Positions 28,166 to 38,280 of a DNA stretch of 62,000 bases are shown in pieces. How positions within the stretch are numbered: position 1 is the first letter of the stretch; every line of letters starts with the position of its first letter. This stretch comes from Hyalangium minutum (GTDB lineage Bacteria > Myxococcota > Myxococcia > Myxococcales > Myxococcaceae). The stretch lies in NCBI RefSeq assembly GCF_000737315.1, contig NZ_JMCB01000005.1:206001-268000 (forward strand), read 5' to 3'. The notes under the pieces are model-generated. The model was not told where the DNA came from. It made no database searches and worked only from the letters and a program-made list of their open reading frames with translations. The translations under genes were made by a program, and so were the position numbers.

Positions 28166-29254
28166 ATGACGACGGGAGCACCCGCCCTTCGAGTGGGCAT
28201 CATCGGCACAGGCTTCGCGCGCTCCACGCAGATCCCCGCATTTCAGTCGCTCCCGGGCGTGGAGGTGGTCTCCATCGCCAGCGCCCGGCTCGAGCGCGCC
28301 GAGCAGGTGGCGCGCGAGTGTGGCATCCCTCGCGCCACCCAGGACTGGCGCGAGGTGGTGCGGGACCCGGGGGTGGACCTCGTCAGCATCGTCACCCCGC
28401 CGCACCTGCACCGCGAGATGGCCATCGCCGCGGTGCACGCGGGCAAGGCCGTGCTCTGCGAGAAGCCCACCTCGCTGGAGGCCGCCGAGGCGGAGATCAT
28501 GTGGCTGGCGGCCGAGCAGCGGGGCGTGCTCGCGCTGATGGACCATGAGCTGCGCTTCCTGCCCTCGCGCCAGCGGATGCGGGAGATCATCCTCTCCGGA
28601 GAGCTGGGGACGATTCATCACGCCCGCGTGCGCTACCGCAGCGACAACCGCGCCGGACCCGGGCGGCCGTGGGACTGGTGGTCGGACGTGGCGCGCGGCG
28701 GAGGACTGCTGGGGGCGCTGGGCTCGCATGCGGTGGACGCGCTGCGCTTCCTGCTGGGCCGCGAGCCGACGGAAGTCTTGGGCGTCCTGGCCACGCACAT
28801 CCCCTCGCGGCCGGATGCGCAGAGCGGCACAGCGCGGATGGTGACGTCCGATGACGAGGTGCAGGCGCTGCTGGGCTTCGGCGGAGGCCTCACGGCCGCG
28901 ATGAGCCTCTCCGCGGTGGAGCCCGGCAAGCCGATGCACGTGGTGGAGGTGTTCGGTACGCGCGGCGGCCTGCGCGTGGAGGGCTCGGAGTTGCTGCGGG
29001 CCGAGGTGGGCGGCCGGCGGTGGGCGCCGGTGGAGCTGCCTTCGCTGCAGCCGCTGCCCGCGGGCATGCCGGAGACCGAGTGGGCGCTCGGCTTCGTGCA
29101 GTACGCGCGCGCCATCGTCGAGGCACTGCGGGCGGGCGCCCGGACGCTGCCTGGGGCGGCCTCCTTCGAGGAGGGGTGGCGCAACCAGCGTGTGCTGGAT
29201 GCCATTCGCCGCTCCCACTCCGAGCGCCGCTGGATTCCTCTCAGCAAGGTGTAG
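28166..29254 (+). CDS. Gfo/Idh/MocA family oxidoreductase
   Basis: GIIGTG, VLCEKP, GGLLGALGSH.VD. Confidence 0.92.
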   Translation: MTTGAPALRVGIIGTGFARSTQIPAFQSLPGVEVVSIASARLERAEQVARECGIPRATQDWREVVRDPGVDLVSIVTPPHLHREMAIAAVHAGKAVLCEKPTSLEAAEAEIMWLAAEQRGVLALMDHELRFLPSRQRMREIILSGELGTIHHARVRYRSDNRAGPGRPWDWWSDVARGGGLLGALGSHAVDALRFLLGREPTEVLGVLATHIPSRPDAQSGTARMVTSDDEVQALLGFGGGLTAAMSLSAVEPGKPMHVVEVFGTRGGLRVEGSELLRAEVGGRRWAPVELPSLQPLPAGMPETEWALGFVQYARAIVEALRAGARTLPGAASFEEGWRNQRVLDAIRRSHSERRWIPLSKV

Positions 29255-29330
29255 CAGGGCGAGAAGCTGCCTGCCGGGCGGGCCTGTGTCTGCGGCTCGG
29301 GGCTCCCCACCTTTCAAGGTGGAGCCACGA

Positions 29331-32129
29331 ATGGATTCGATAAAGACACCCCAGACGAGCAGCCCTGCGGCCGCCTCCTGGCACTCGCTCGCCGCCGAAG
29401 ATGTGCTGAAGCGCCTGCAGACCACCGCCGAAGGACTCTCCCACCAGGAGGGCCAACAGCGGCTGGCACGCCACGGCCCCAACGTCCTGGAGCGCCAGAG
29501 CCAGAGCGGCCCGCTCCGGGTGCTCTTCCGGCAGATCAACAACCCGCTCATCTGGGTGCTGCTCGGCTCCGCGGTGCTGGCCATCGCGCTGGGGAAGGTG
29601 ACGGACGGGCTGGTGGTGCTCGCGGTGGTGGTGCTCAACACCGTCATCGGCTTCGTGCAGGAGTTCCGGGCTGGCCGCGCCATCGAGGCGCTGTCGCGCA
29701 TGGTGCCGGAGCTCACCGCCGTGCTGCGCGGCGGGCACAAGGTGACGGTTCCCGCAGCGGAGCTGGTGCTGGGGGACGTGGTGATGCTGGCCTCGGGAGA
29801 CAAGGTGCCGGCGGACCTGCGGCTGATCTCCGTGCGCAACCTCCAGGTGGAGGAGGCCGCGCTCACGGGCGAGTCCGTGCCCGTCATGAAGCAGCTCCGG
29901 CCCGTGGCCGAGGACGCGGCCCTGGGCGACCGCTCCAACCTCGCCTTTGGTGGCACGCTCGTGACGTCTGGCACGGGCACCGCCGTGGTGGTGGCCACCG
30001 GAGGGCATACGGAGCTGGGGCGCATCTCGAAGATGCTGGGCGAGACGGTGGATTTGCAGACACCGTTGACGAAAGCGCTGGCGACCATTGGCCGCTTCCT
30101 CACCATCGGCATCCTGGCGGTCTCGGTGGTGCTGCTGGCCGTGGGGCTGCTGCGTGGCTACGCGGTGGGCGAAGCCCTGCTCGTGGCCATCACCCTGGCC
30201 GTCGCCGCCATCCCCGAGGGCCTTCCCGCCATCGTCACCATCGCCCTGGCCATCGGCGTGCAGCGCATGGCGGCGCGCCGGGCCGTCATCCGGAAGCTGC
30301 CTGCGGTGGAGACGCTCGGGAGCACCACCGTCATCTGCTCGGACAAGACGGGCACGCTCACGCGCAATGAGATGACAGTGCAGGCGCTGTGGACGCCTGC
30401 GGGTGGCTGGACCATGTCGGGTGTGGGGTATGCGCCGGAGGGGCGCCTCCATCAGAAGGGCGTGCCCGTGGACGGAGTGCCCGAGGCCGCGCGGGAGCTG
30501 CTGCGGGCCGGAGCGCTCTGCAACGACGCCGCGCTCCAGTCCAAAGGGGGGAAGTGGGAGCTGACGGGAGACCCCACCGAGGGCGCGCTCCTGGTGGCGG
30601 CGGAGAAGGCAGGACTGCCCGTGGAGGAACTCTGTGAGCGTTTCCCCCGGGTGGATGCCATCCCCTTCGAATCGGAGAGCCAGTTCATGGCGACCCTGCA
30701 TGAGGACGGAGAGGACCGCCGGTCTATCTTCCTCAAGGGCGCTCCGGAGGTCATCCTGCGGCGCTGCGCGCTCCCCGAGGGCCTACGCCCAGAAGGAGTG
30801 CTCGCCGAGGTGGAGCGGATGGCCGAGGGGGGCATGCGTGTGCTGGCGGTGGCCTCGAAGGCGGTACCCGCCACGCACGAGCGGATGGAGCCGGAGCACG
30901 TGGCCGGAGGCTTCTCACTGTTGGGCCTGCAGGGGATGATCGATCCGCCGCGCCAGGAGGCCATCGCCGCGGTGCGGGCGTGCCACGAGGCAGGCATCGT
31001 CGTGAAGATGATCACCGGCGATCACCAGAAGACGGCGGAGAGCATCGGCCGGGAGCTGGGGCTGCACGGGACGGGACCCGCGCTGACGGGGCGGCAGCTC
31101 GCGGAGCTGAACGACCACCAGCTGGCGGAGGCCGGGGCCACCACGAACGTGTTCGCGCGCGTCGCTCCCGAGCACAAGCTGCGGCTGGTGCGCGCGCTCC
31201 AGGCCCGGCACCAGGTGGTGGCGATGACGGGCGATGGTGTCAACGACGCGCCCGCGCTCAAGCAGGCCAACATCGGTGTGGCCATGGGCATCACCGGCAC
31301 GGCCGTGTCGAAGGAGGCGGCGGACATCGTCCTCATGGACGACAACTTCGCGTCGATCGCGGCGGCGGTGGAGGAGGGCCGGCGCGTCTATGACAACCTC
31401 ATCAAGTCCCTGGCGTTCGTGCTGCCCACCAACCTGGGGCTGGCGCTCATCCTGGCCTTCGGCGTGGCCTTCTTCCCCATCCAAGAGGTGGGCGGAGCGC
31501 TGGCGCCGCTGATGCCCATGCTCCCGACGCAGCTCCTGTGGATCAACCTGGTGGCCACCGTGGCGCTGGCCCTGCCGCTGGCCTTCGAGGCCAAGGAGCC
31601 CAACGTCATGCAGCGGCCGCCGCGCAGTCCCAGCGGGCCCGTGCTGAGCCGCTTCGTGGTGGTGCGCACCCTGGTGGCGGCGGTGCTGATGGCCGCGGGC
31701 GCCATCGGGCTGTTCCTCTGGGAGTACACCTCCGAGGTGGGACGCTCCGGGCACGCGGTGGCGCTGCGCGAGGCCCAGACCATGGCCGTCACCACCGTCA
31801 TCCTCTTCCAGATCTTCTACATGCTCATGTGCCGCAGCCTGAAAGGCTCGATCTTCCGGCTGGGCTGGCTCAGCAACCCCACTGTCTTCGTGGGCATCGG
31901 CGTGCTGGTGCTGCTGCAGCTGGGCTTCATCTACCTGCCCTTCATGCAGAAGGTGTTCGGCACCTCCGCGCTGGATTGGAAGGCGCTCGGGATGTCCACC
32001 CTGGTGGCGGTCGTCATCCTCCCCGTCATTGGCGCGGAGAAGCTCTGGCGCTCGCGGCGGGAGCGGACCTCCCTGGATCGCCGCGAGCCACCTCGGGGCT
32101 TGCGTGTGGGGCCTCGGCTCCCGGCGTAG
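29331..32129 (+). CDS. P-type II cation-transporting ATPase (CtpF/PacL-like)
   Basis: TGES, IPEGLP, DKTGTLT, GDPTEGAL, TGDH, GDGVNDAPALK; start MDSIK. Confidence 0.96.
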   Translation: MDSIKTPQTSSPAAASWHSLAAEDVLKRLQTTAEGLSHQEGQQRLARHGPNVLERQSQSGPLRVLFRQINNPLIWVLLGSAVLAIALGKVTDGLVVLAVVVLNTVIGFVQEFRAGRAIEALSRMVPELTAVLRGGHKVTVPAAELVLGDVVMLASGDKVPADLRLISVRNLQVEEAALTGESVPVMKQLRPVAEDAALGDRSNLAFGGTLVTSGTGTAVVVATGGHTELGRISKMLGETVDLQTPLTKALATIGRFLTIGILAVSVVLLAVGLLRGYAVGEALLVAITLAVAAIPEGLPAIVTIALAIGVQRMAARRAVIRKLPAVETLGSTTVICSDKTGTLTRNEMTVQALWTPAGGWTMSGVGYAPEGRLHQKGVPVDGVPEAARELLRAGALCNDAALQSKGGKWELTGDPTEGALLVAAEKAGLPVEELCERFPRVDAIPFESESQFMATLHEDGEDRRSIFLKGAPEVILRRCALPEGLRPEGVLAEVERMAEGGMRVLAVASKAVPATHERMEPEHVAGGFSLLGLQGMIDPPRQEAIAAVRACHEAGIVVKMITGDHQKTAESIGRELGLHGTGPALTGRQLAELNDHQLAEAGATTNVFARVAPEHKLRLVRALQARHQVVAMTGDGVNDAPALKQANIGVAMGITGTAVSKEAADIVLMDDNFASIAAAVEEGRRVYDNLIKSLAFVLPTNLGLALILAFGVAFFPIQEVGGALAPLMPMLPTQLLWINLVATVALALPLAFEAKEPNVMQRPPRSPSGPVLSRFVVVRTLVAAVLMAAGAIGLFLWEYTSEVGRSGHAVALREAQTMAVTTVILFQIFYMLMCRSLKGSIFRLGWLSNPTVFVGIGVLVLLQLGFIYLPFMQKVFGTSALDWKALGMSTLVAVVILPVIGAEKLWRSRRERTSLDRREPPRGLRVGPRLPA

Positions 32130-32140
32130 GCGAGGGACAC

Positions 32141-33055
32141 TCAGGGCGTGACGGCCCGGACGTCGCGGGCGGCGGCATCCGGGAGCGCGCGGTCCTCGGG
32201 CTCGAAGACGAGCTGGCACTTGTCCAGCTTCGTCCCACACACCCGGTCGAGATCGCTCCGGGTGTCGCAGCCATACCGCTCCGTGCAGGTGTCCGGCAGG
32301 AAGGCCCAGACGAACTGGAGCACGGTGCTCCGGCGGCCCTCCGGCAGCGCGGCGAGGAAGTCCTCGCGGTAGGTGTCGAAGACCTGAGCCAGGTGGACGG
32401 TGTCCTTCTCCAGCCGCACGTGGCGGCGGTCGCCGACGAAGCGGCGGGCCGCGTCGTTGAGCTGCGAGTCGAGGAAGGAAGGGTCAAAGGGCGCGCCATC
32501 CAACAGGGGCCCACCGCGTGTGCCGTGGAAGAGCGCGAGGTGGATGCGCGGATCGGCGTACTCCCGGTCGAGGATGCGGTGCTCCAGGGCCCAGAGCGTC
32601 AGGCGCTGGCCGCCCACCGGCCACGAGCGGCCCCAGAAGAAGTGCCCGAAGGCCTTGTCATGCACGCTCTCGAGGTAGGGGTACTCGTCCACCAGGGACT
32701 GCAGCACGAGCGCGTGGTAGGCGTTGAGCCAGTAGGCCAGCGCGTCCTCGGGCTTGGGGAAGAGGTCCGGCCGCGAGCGCGGTGAGAAGGTGGCCAGCGA
32801 GCGGACGAAGGTGTCCAGCTCCTGGCGGTCCCGGCCGATGGCGGAGAAGTCCACGTCCCCATCCGGCTTCACGTTGCGCAGCACGTGGGCGTAGCCGTTG
32901 TAGTGGAAGGGGAAGTCCCCGCTGGGGACCGAGGCGGGCAGCAGCCCGTAGAAGAAGAGCACGCTGCCCACGGCGAGCACCGCGGGCAGCACGAAGGCCC
33001 CCAGGACGAGCAGGAGACGGCGGCGGCTGGGCGAGGGAGTCTCCAAGGCTGCCAC
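32141..33055 (-). CDS. DUF547-domain membrane-anchored protein
   Basis: LAYWLNAYHAL, LEHRILDR...DPRIH. Probable GTG start at 33055 before an N-terminal TM helix. Confidence 0.75.
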   Translation of the reverse strand: MAALETPSPSRRRLLLVLGAFVLPAVLAVGSVLFFYGLLPASVPSGDFPFHYNGYAHVLRNVKPDGDVDFSAIGRDRQELDTFVRSLATFSPRSRPDLFPKPEDALAYWLNAYHALVLQSLVDEYPYLESVHDKAFGHFFWGRSWPVGGQRLTLWALEHRILDREYADPRIHLALFHGTRGGPLLDGAPFDPSFLDSQLNDAARRFVGDRRHVRLEKDTVHLAQVFDTYREDFLAALPEGRRSTVLQFVWAFLPDTCTERYGCDTRSDLDRVCGTKLDKCQLVFEPEDRALPDAAARDVRAVTP

Positions 33056-33107
33056 AGTGTAGCCCAGCGGGGCTTGGCTCGCAGGAACGCGCAAGGGCGG
33101 GGGCGGT

Positions 33108-34631
33108 TCAACGCGCCGAGGCGGGCTGTCCGCAGCGCTCCGCGTATTCGGCGAGCCTGCGCTGCATCGCCTCTTGCGTGGCCTGGGCCATGGAACGCAG
33201 GGCCGCGGTGACGTGGCCTCCGAGCACGCCGATGGCCCGTTGCTGCGCGGTGAGGCTCTCCTCGCAACGGCCCGCCTGGAAGAGCAGCGCCGCGTAGGCC
33301 TCCAGCGTGGAGGCGCGGCCAGGGGCCAGCTGAACGGCGCGGGCGGCCCTCGCGAGTCCCTCTTCGGTCTGCCCCTGCTCCGTGTGCAGCCACGCCATGG
33401 ACACCAGCGCATCCACGTCGTCGGGGTCCAGAGCGAGGGCCCGCTGCAGGGCCTGCTCCTGCTCGGACGCCGGGGCGTTCGCGTCCTGGAGCGCCTGGCC
33501 CAGCAGGCTCCACGCGGGCCCACTGTCCGGCCGGGCCTGCACCAGCGCCCGGGCCAGCGCCAGCCGCTGCTCTGGATCCACCGTGAAGCTCGCCTGGAGC
33601 AGCACCGCGCTCACATTCGCTGGATCCTCCCGGAGCGCTTCTTCGAGTTCCTGGCGGCCCAGGCGCAGCCGCTCGCGCAGGGAGCGCGGCCCGGGGCTGC
33701 GCAGGAACAGCCGCGCCCGGATGGCGTGGATCTCCGCGCAGTCCAGCGTCCTCACGTCGAACTCGGGCTTGATGAACGGCAGCTCCACCGTGAGCTGCTT
33801 CTCGTCCTGGGGCTCGTACTTCTCGAGGTCCTCCTCCAGGCCCGTCACGCCCTGGAAGGCTGCCTCCCACGCGCGGCGAGGTTCCTCGGCCCGCGCCAGC
33901 CGCGAGGTGAAGTCCCGGAAGCGCTGGGGGTGCCGCTCCCTCAGGTACGTCACCCACAGCCACGAGGAAGCGTAGTACGGCAGGATCTCCGCCGAGGAGA
34001 GGAACGGATACCGTTCCCAGGCCCACAGCTTCTCCATCGACAGGGGCCGGTGGTTGCGCACGTACTGCGCGAAGCCTGGGTGGATCTCCCCGAAGGAGGC
34101 CTTCCTCCGCAGCGAGGAGAACTGCACCGTCTGGAGCCACGTGGCCAGGCCCTCGGTGAGCCACCGGGGCTGCCGCACCATCACGAAGCGGGTGATGTGG
34201 TGGGCCAGCTCGTGGGCCTGGACCTGGAGGGACTCAGGCTCCTGCAACAGGAACTCTCCCTCGCCGGCCATCACCATGAGCGGGCTGCGCCCGGACGAGT
34301 CCAGGAAGGCCTCCAGGGGCGCGCCTTGGGTGAACTCCTCCAGCTCCGTGTCGCTGCTCACGACGATGACCTCCACCTGTCCTGGCGGATCCACTGGGCC
34401 CCCCCAGGCAAGCAGGAGAGCGGTGCGCAGCTGCTCCAGCTCCAGCGCCGTGAAGCGAGCCACGCGCTGGCCCAGGTCCGTGAAGACACGGAAGTGGGGA
34501 CTGTTCACTTCGCGCCACTCCTTGCCTCCCTTGTCCGGACATGTGGCGACCGGACGTTTGACGCAGCCTGTCCCCAGGGTCAGCAGCATCCCTCCGAGCA
34601 GTGCGAGTATGTTGAGGCGTATGGAACCCAT
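33108..34631 (-). CDS. DUF1570-like HExxH lipoprotein with C-terminal TPRs
   Basis: Lipobox GTGC; W.E..SPHF; AHELAHH plus RWLTEGLA; TPR helices. Confidence 0.78.
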   Translation of the reverse strand: MGSIRLNILALLGGMLLTLGTGCVKRPVATCPDKGGKEWREVNSPHFRVFTDLGQRVARFTALELEQLRTALLLAWGGPVDPPGQVEVIVVSSDTELEEFTQGAPLEAFLDSSGRSPLMVMAGEGEFLLQEPESLQVQAHELAHHITRFVMVRQPRWLTEGLATWLQTVQFSSLRRKASFGEIHPGFAQYVRNHRPLSMEKLWAWERYPFLSSAEILPYYASSWLWVTYLRERHPQRFRDFTSRLARAEEPRRAWEAAFQGVTGLEEDLEKYEPQDEKQLTVELPFIKPEFDVRTLDCAEIHAIRARLFLRSPGPRSLRERLRLGRQELEEALREDPANVSAVLLQASFTVDPEQRLALARALVQARPDSGPAWSLLGQALQDANAPASEQEQALQRALALDPDDVDALVSMAWLHTEQGQTEEGLARAARAVQLAPGRASTLEAYAALLFQAGRCEESLTAQQRAIGVLGGHVTAALRSMAQATQEAMQRRLAEYAERCGQPASAR

Positions 34632-35667
34632 GCCGGATGTCACCCGTTTCTTCCACCCCGTGCTGTCCGCCCGTGAGCTGCGCAAGAAGCCGCTGCGCAT
34701 CGAGCTGGCAGGCAGAGCATACGCGCTGTTCCGGGATGGGACGGGAAAGGCGGCCGCGCTCGCGGACGCTTGCCCCCATCGCTTCGCCCCGCTCTCGGCG
34801 GGCCGGGTGAGCAAGGAGGGACGGCTGACGTGCCCGTACCACGGCTGGAACTTCGACGCGGAAGGCCATGGCCGCAGCCCCAGCCAGCCGGACCTGAAGA
34901 AGTGCGACGCGCGCGCGCTGCAAGTGGTGGAGCGCCACGGCTACCTCTGGGTGGCCTCCCGGGACACGCCGCTGTCGGCCTTCCCGGACTTCGCGCCCGA
35001 GGGCCATGAGGCCACGGGCAGCTTCTCCATGCTCTTCCGCGCGCCGCTCCACGTGGCGCTCGACAACTTCAGCGAGGACGAGCACACCCCGTTCGTCCAC
35101 ACCCGCCTGGGCTGGGACGACCACGACACGAGCGCCATCGAGTTCTCGGCGGAGAACCACGAGGACCACACCGAGGTGCACTACCGCGCGCCTCAGCGGG
35201 AGAGCTGGCTCATCCAGCTGCTGCTGCTCAAGAAGGGGGACGTCTTCCACAATGACTGGGTGACGCGCTTCGATCCCGTGCGTACGAGCTACTCCATCCA
35301 CTGGAGATCGCCGTCGGGAGAGCCCCGCCCGTTCCTCTACCACTTCGCCATCTTCATGGTGCCGGAGACGGAGAAGACCACCCGCTTCCACGTCTTCTCG
35401 TTCGTGAAGGTGTTGGATCCGCGCTTCCAGCCGCTGCTGCCCGTGGTGCGCCTGGCTCAGCCCGTGCTGGCCTGGTTCGAGATCCGCGATGACGCACTCT
35501 TCATCCCCACCGTGGCCGACACGCCGTACAGCCTGAAGGGCATGCGCCTGGGCAAGTACGACAAGCCGCTCATCTACCAGCGCAAGCTGCTCGAGCGCAT
35601 CTACTACGGCCAGAGCCCCGAGGAGCATGTCCCTCCCGTCTCGCTCGTGCAGAGCTCCGGGAGCTGA
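34630..35667 (+). CDS. Rieske [2Fe-2S] non-heme oxygenase alpha subunit (VanA-like)
   Basis: CPHR.APL and CPYHGW Rieske motifs; DNFSEDEHTPFVH mononuclear-iron motif. Confidence 0.9.
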   Translation: MPDVTRFFHPVLSARELRKKPLRIELAGRAYALFRDGTGKAAALADACPHRFAPLSAGRVSKEGRLTCPYHGWNFDAEGHGRSPSQPDLKKCDARALQVVERHGYLWVASRDTPLSAFPDFAPEGHEATGSFSMLFRAPLHVALDNFSEDEHTPFVHTRLGWDDHDTSAIEFSAENHEDHTEVHYRAPQRESWLIQLLLLKKGDVFHNDWVTRFDPVRTSYSIHWRSPSGEPRPFLYHFAIFMVPETEKTTRFHVFSFVKVLDPRFQPLLPVVRLAQPVLAWFEIRDDALFIPTVADTPYSLKGMRLGKYDKPLIYQRKLLERIYYGQSPEEHVPPVSLVQSSGS

Positions 35668-35691
35668 GGCCCGGAGCCCGGCTTCACGGCG

Positions 35692-36663
35692 TCAGCGGGG
35701 CTCGGGCTTCCTGCCGGAGATGACGCACATGCCGCCCAGCGTCTTCAGGCGAGGCACCGAGAGCAGCGCCTGATCCACCCTCCCGAGCATGTCCACCGCC
35801 AGCTTCCTCGCCAGCGGCGCGTGCTCGTAGGTCTGGCACGTCGGCAGGATGAGCGAGCTGAGCCGTCCCAGCAGGTGGAACCACTTCAGCTCCAGGTCCG
35901 GCAGGTGGCGCAGGATGGTGGACAGCTCGGCCTTCTCCAGCGGCCGCTCGTCCGGCGTGGCATTCGTGTGGATGGGCACGCCCTTGCGCAGCTTCCGCAG
36001 CCACGGTGTGAGGCTCACCGGCTCGGAGAAGACGAGGAGAGCGCCCGGCTTGGCCCACTTCACCAGCTGCCGCATCACCGCATCCAGCTCCGGGATGAGG
36101 TGGTGCAGGATGCCGTCGCCCCAGATGATGTCGAAGTGCCCCGCGGGCAGCTCCACGGTCTCCAGGGGCGAGCAGAAGAACTCGGCGCGCGCCTCGACAC
36201 CCTCCAGCTGCGCCCGTTGCTTGCACAGCTCGACGAAGCCCGGAGAGATGTCCACGCCCGTGACGTGCGCGCCGAACTTGGCCATCAGCGTGGCGTTGAT
36301 ACCGTCGCCGCACCCGACGTCGAGCACGCGCTTGCCGCGCAGGTTGCCCAGCAGCTGGAAGCGGAACTCCTTGTGGAACCAAGGGTGCTGCGGCTCGCGG
36401 TAGCGCGCCACCGTGAGCGGATCCAGCGGCTTCAGCTCTGCGGCCATCTGCTGGGCGATCTCATCGAAGAAGCGCGCCTCGGACGTCCAACGCGAGAAGA
36501 AGTCCGCACGGGCCCTGGCAGGAGACAGCTCCTCCGGCAGGGCCACTGCGTTCCTCTCCGTACATGCTGGATCCGGCCTCAGCAGCCCCGTCAGCGTGTT
36601 GGCCAGCGGCTTCCCCGTAGGCCCCAGAGGTGTTTCGAGGGTTGGTTCGTTGCCGATCTCCAT
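35692..36663 (-). CDS. class I SAM-dependent methyltransferase
   Basis: VLDVGCGDG, VTGVDIS, FDII..GILHHL. Confidence 0.9.
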   Translation of the reverse strand: MEIGNEPTLETPLGPTGKPLANTLTGLLRPDPACTERNAVALPEELSPARARADFFSRWTSEARFFDEIAQQMAAELKPLDPLTVARYREPQHPWFHKEFRFQLLGNLRGKRVLDVGCGDGINATLMAKFGAHVTGVDISPGFVELCKQRAQLEGVEARAEFFCSPLETVELPAGHFDIIWGDGILHHLIPELDAVMRQLVKWAKPGALLVFSEPVSLTPWLRKLRKGVPIHTNATPDERPLEKAELSTILRHLPDLELKWFHLLGRLSSLILPTCQTYEHAPLARKLAVDMLGRVDQALLSVPRLKTLGGMCVISGRKPEPR

Positions 36664-36780
36664 GCCGCCCCCTTCCAGCCTTCTCCGCCGGGCATGGCGG
36701 AGTGTCTGGGAGGGTGAGCCCGGTCCTTCAGCGAGGGAAGAGGCCCTGCCGGACGATAGACAGGGGGCGGAGCGGCTGTT

Positions 36781-38181
36781 CTACGGAGTGGGAGCCGGAG
36801 TGGGAGCCGGGGCCGCGCTGCCCTCCGAGAGGCTGGGGGGCGGAAACGCGCCCACCGTCTTCAGCAGCCGCAGCGCCGCGAGCGAGGCCTGGAGCCGCTC
36901 GGCCACCAGTCCCACCTCGGCCTGGGTGAGCGTGGTGTTGGTGTCGGCGACTTCCAGGTAGGTGGCCACGCCCGCGCGGAAGCTGACGTCCGTCAGGCGC
37001 TGACCCTCGCGAGCCAGCTCCACCGCCTCCTGGGCCTTGGCGCGGTTGGCCAGGGCGCTCTGCAGCTCCAGCTGGTAGCGCGCCACCTCCTCGCGGGCCC
37101 GGGCCTCGGCCGCGTCTCGCAGCGCCTCGGCCTCGGCCACCTTCGCCGACTGCTCCTTGAGGTTGGCCTCGCGCAGGCCGCCATCCCAGATCGTCCACGA
37201 GGCGGCCAGGGTGATGAGCCACGAGGTGTTCTGCCCGGTGAAGCCCCCGGCGTTGCTCACGCGGTACGCGCCGGACACGCCCAGCGAGGGCAGGTAGGCG
37301 AGCCATGCGCCTCGGCGGTTCGTCTGCGCCAGGTCCACGCCCACGCGCGAGGCCTCCACGTCCGGGCGGTACGTGAGCGCGGCCTCCTCCAGGTTCGCGT
37401 TCTGTGCAGGCAGCTGGGGCTCGGGCGGGGGCTCCAGCTCGAAGTCCGGCGAGCGCTGCAGCAGCGTGGCCAGCGCCAGCTTCGCGGCGGCCAGCGAGTT
37501 GCGCGAGCGCAGCAGATCCTGCTCGGCGCGCGTCCGGTCCAGCTGGGCGCGCAGCACCGCCACCTTCGTCACCGTGCCGGCCTCGAAGCGCGCCTGGGTG
37601 TCCTTCTCGCGTGCCTGGTTGAGCTCCAGCAGCCGCGTCTGCGCCATGAGCGCCGCCTGCGAGGCCGCCGCGCCGTAGTACGCCTGCGCAACGATGAAGA
37701 GGATCTCCCGCCGCTGCGCCTCGGTGCTCAGCGCGGCCAGGTGCTCGGCCTTGCTGGCGGCGGAGATGGCCGCCCACAGCGTGGGGACGATGAGGGCCTG
37801 GCGCGCCTCGAGCTGCGCGTTGAGCATGTTGAACGGCTGGATCGTCACATCCAGCACCTGCTCGGGGACGACCACCAGGTTGGTGGGGGCGCCCGGGCCG
37901 GCACCGGGATCGCTCGTGGGGGCGCCCACGTCGCGCACGAGGTTGCCCACGGGGAACGCGATGCGGGCCTCGTCCGAGTTGCGCGTATAGGCGCCGCTGG
38001 CGGTGATGGTGGGGAGGTACCCCGACCAGGCCTTCCGCGAGGCCTGCTCTGCTTGCTCGAGCCGGGCGCGCGCGGCCTTCAGGTCCAGGTTCTTGGCCTG
38101 GGCCTCCGTGAGCGCCTCGTCCAGCGTGAGCACCGGACCTGCCGTCATGACCGCGAGGGAGAGCGCCAGCAGGGGCGTCAT
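36781..38181 (-). CDS. TolC-family outer membrane efflux protein
   Basis: LTLDEAL, N.DL..A, YLPT, IWDGG, G.ATYLEV; signal peptide. Confidence 0.92.
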   Translation of the reverse strand: MTPLLALSLAVMTAGPVLTLDEALTEAQAKNLDLKAARARLEQAEQASRKAWSGYLPTITASGAYTRNSDEARIAFPVGNLVRDVGAPTSDPGAGPGAPTNLVVVPEQVLDVTIQPFNMLNAQLEARQALIVPTLWAAISAASKAEHLAALSTEAQRREILFIVAQAYYGAAASQAALMAQTRLLELNQAREKDTQARFEAGTVTKVAVLRAQLDRTRAEQDLLRSRNSLAAAKLALATLLQRSPDFELEPPPEPQLPAQNANLEEAALTYRPDVEASRVGVDLAQTNRRGAWLAYLPSLGVSGAYRVSNAGGFTGQNTSWLITLAASWTIWDGGLREANLKEQSAKVAEAEALRDAAEARAREEVARYQLELQSALANRAKAQEAVELAREGQRLTDVSFRAGVATYLEVADTNTTLTQAEVGLVAERLQASLAALRLLKTVGAFPPPSLSEGSAAPAPTPAPTP

Positions 38182-38280
38182 ACGAACTTTCCTCCTAAGG
38201 CCCGCCGGAGCGGGCGTTCACAGCAGCCAATGTTGCATGGACCACACTCACGTGGCTGAAGCCAGTGAGAACTGCACCGC

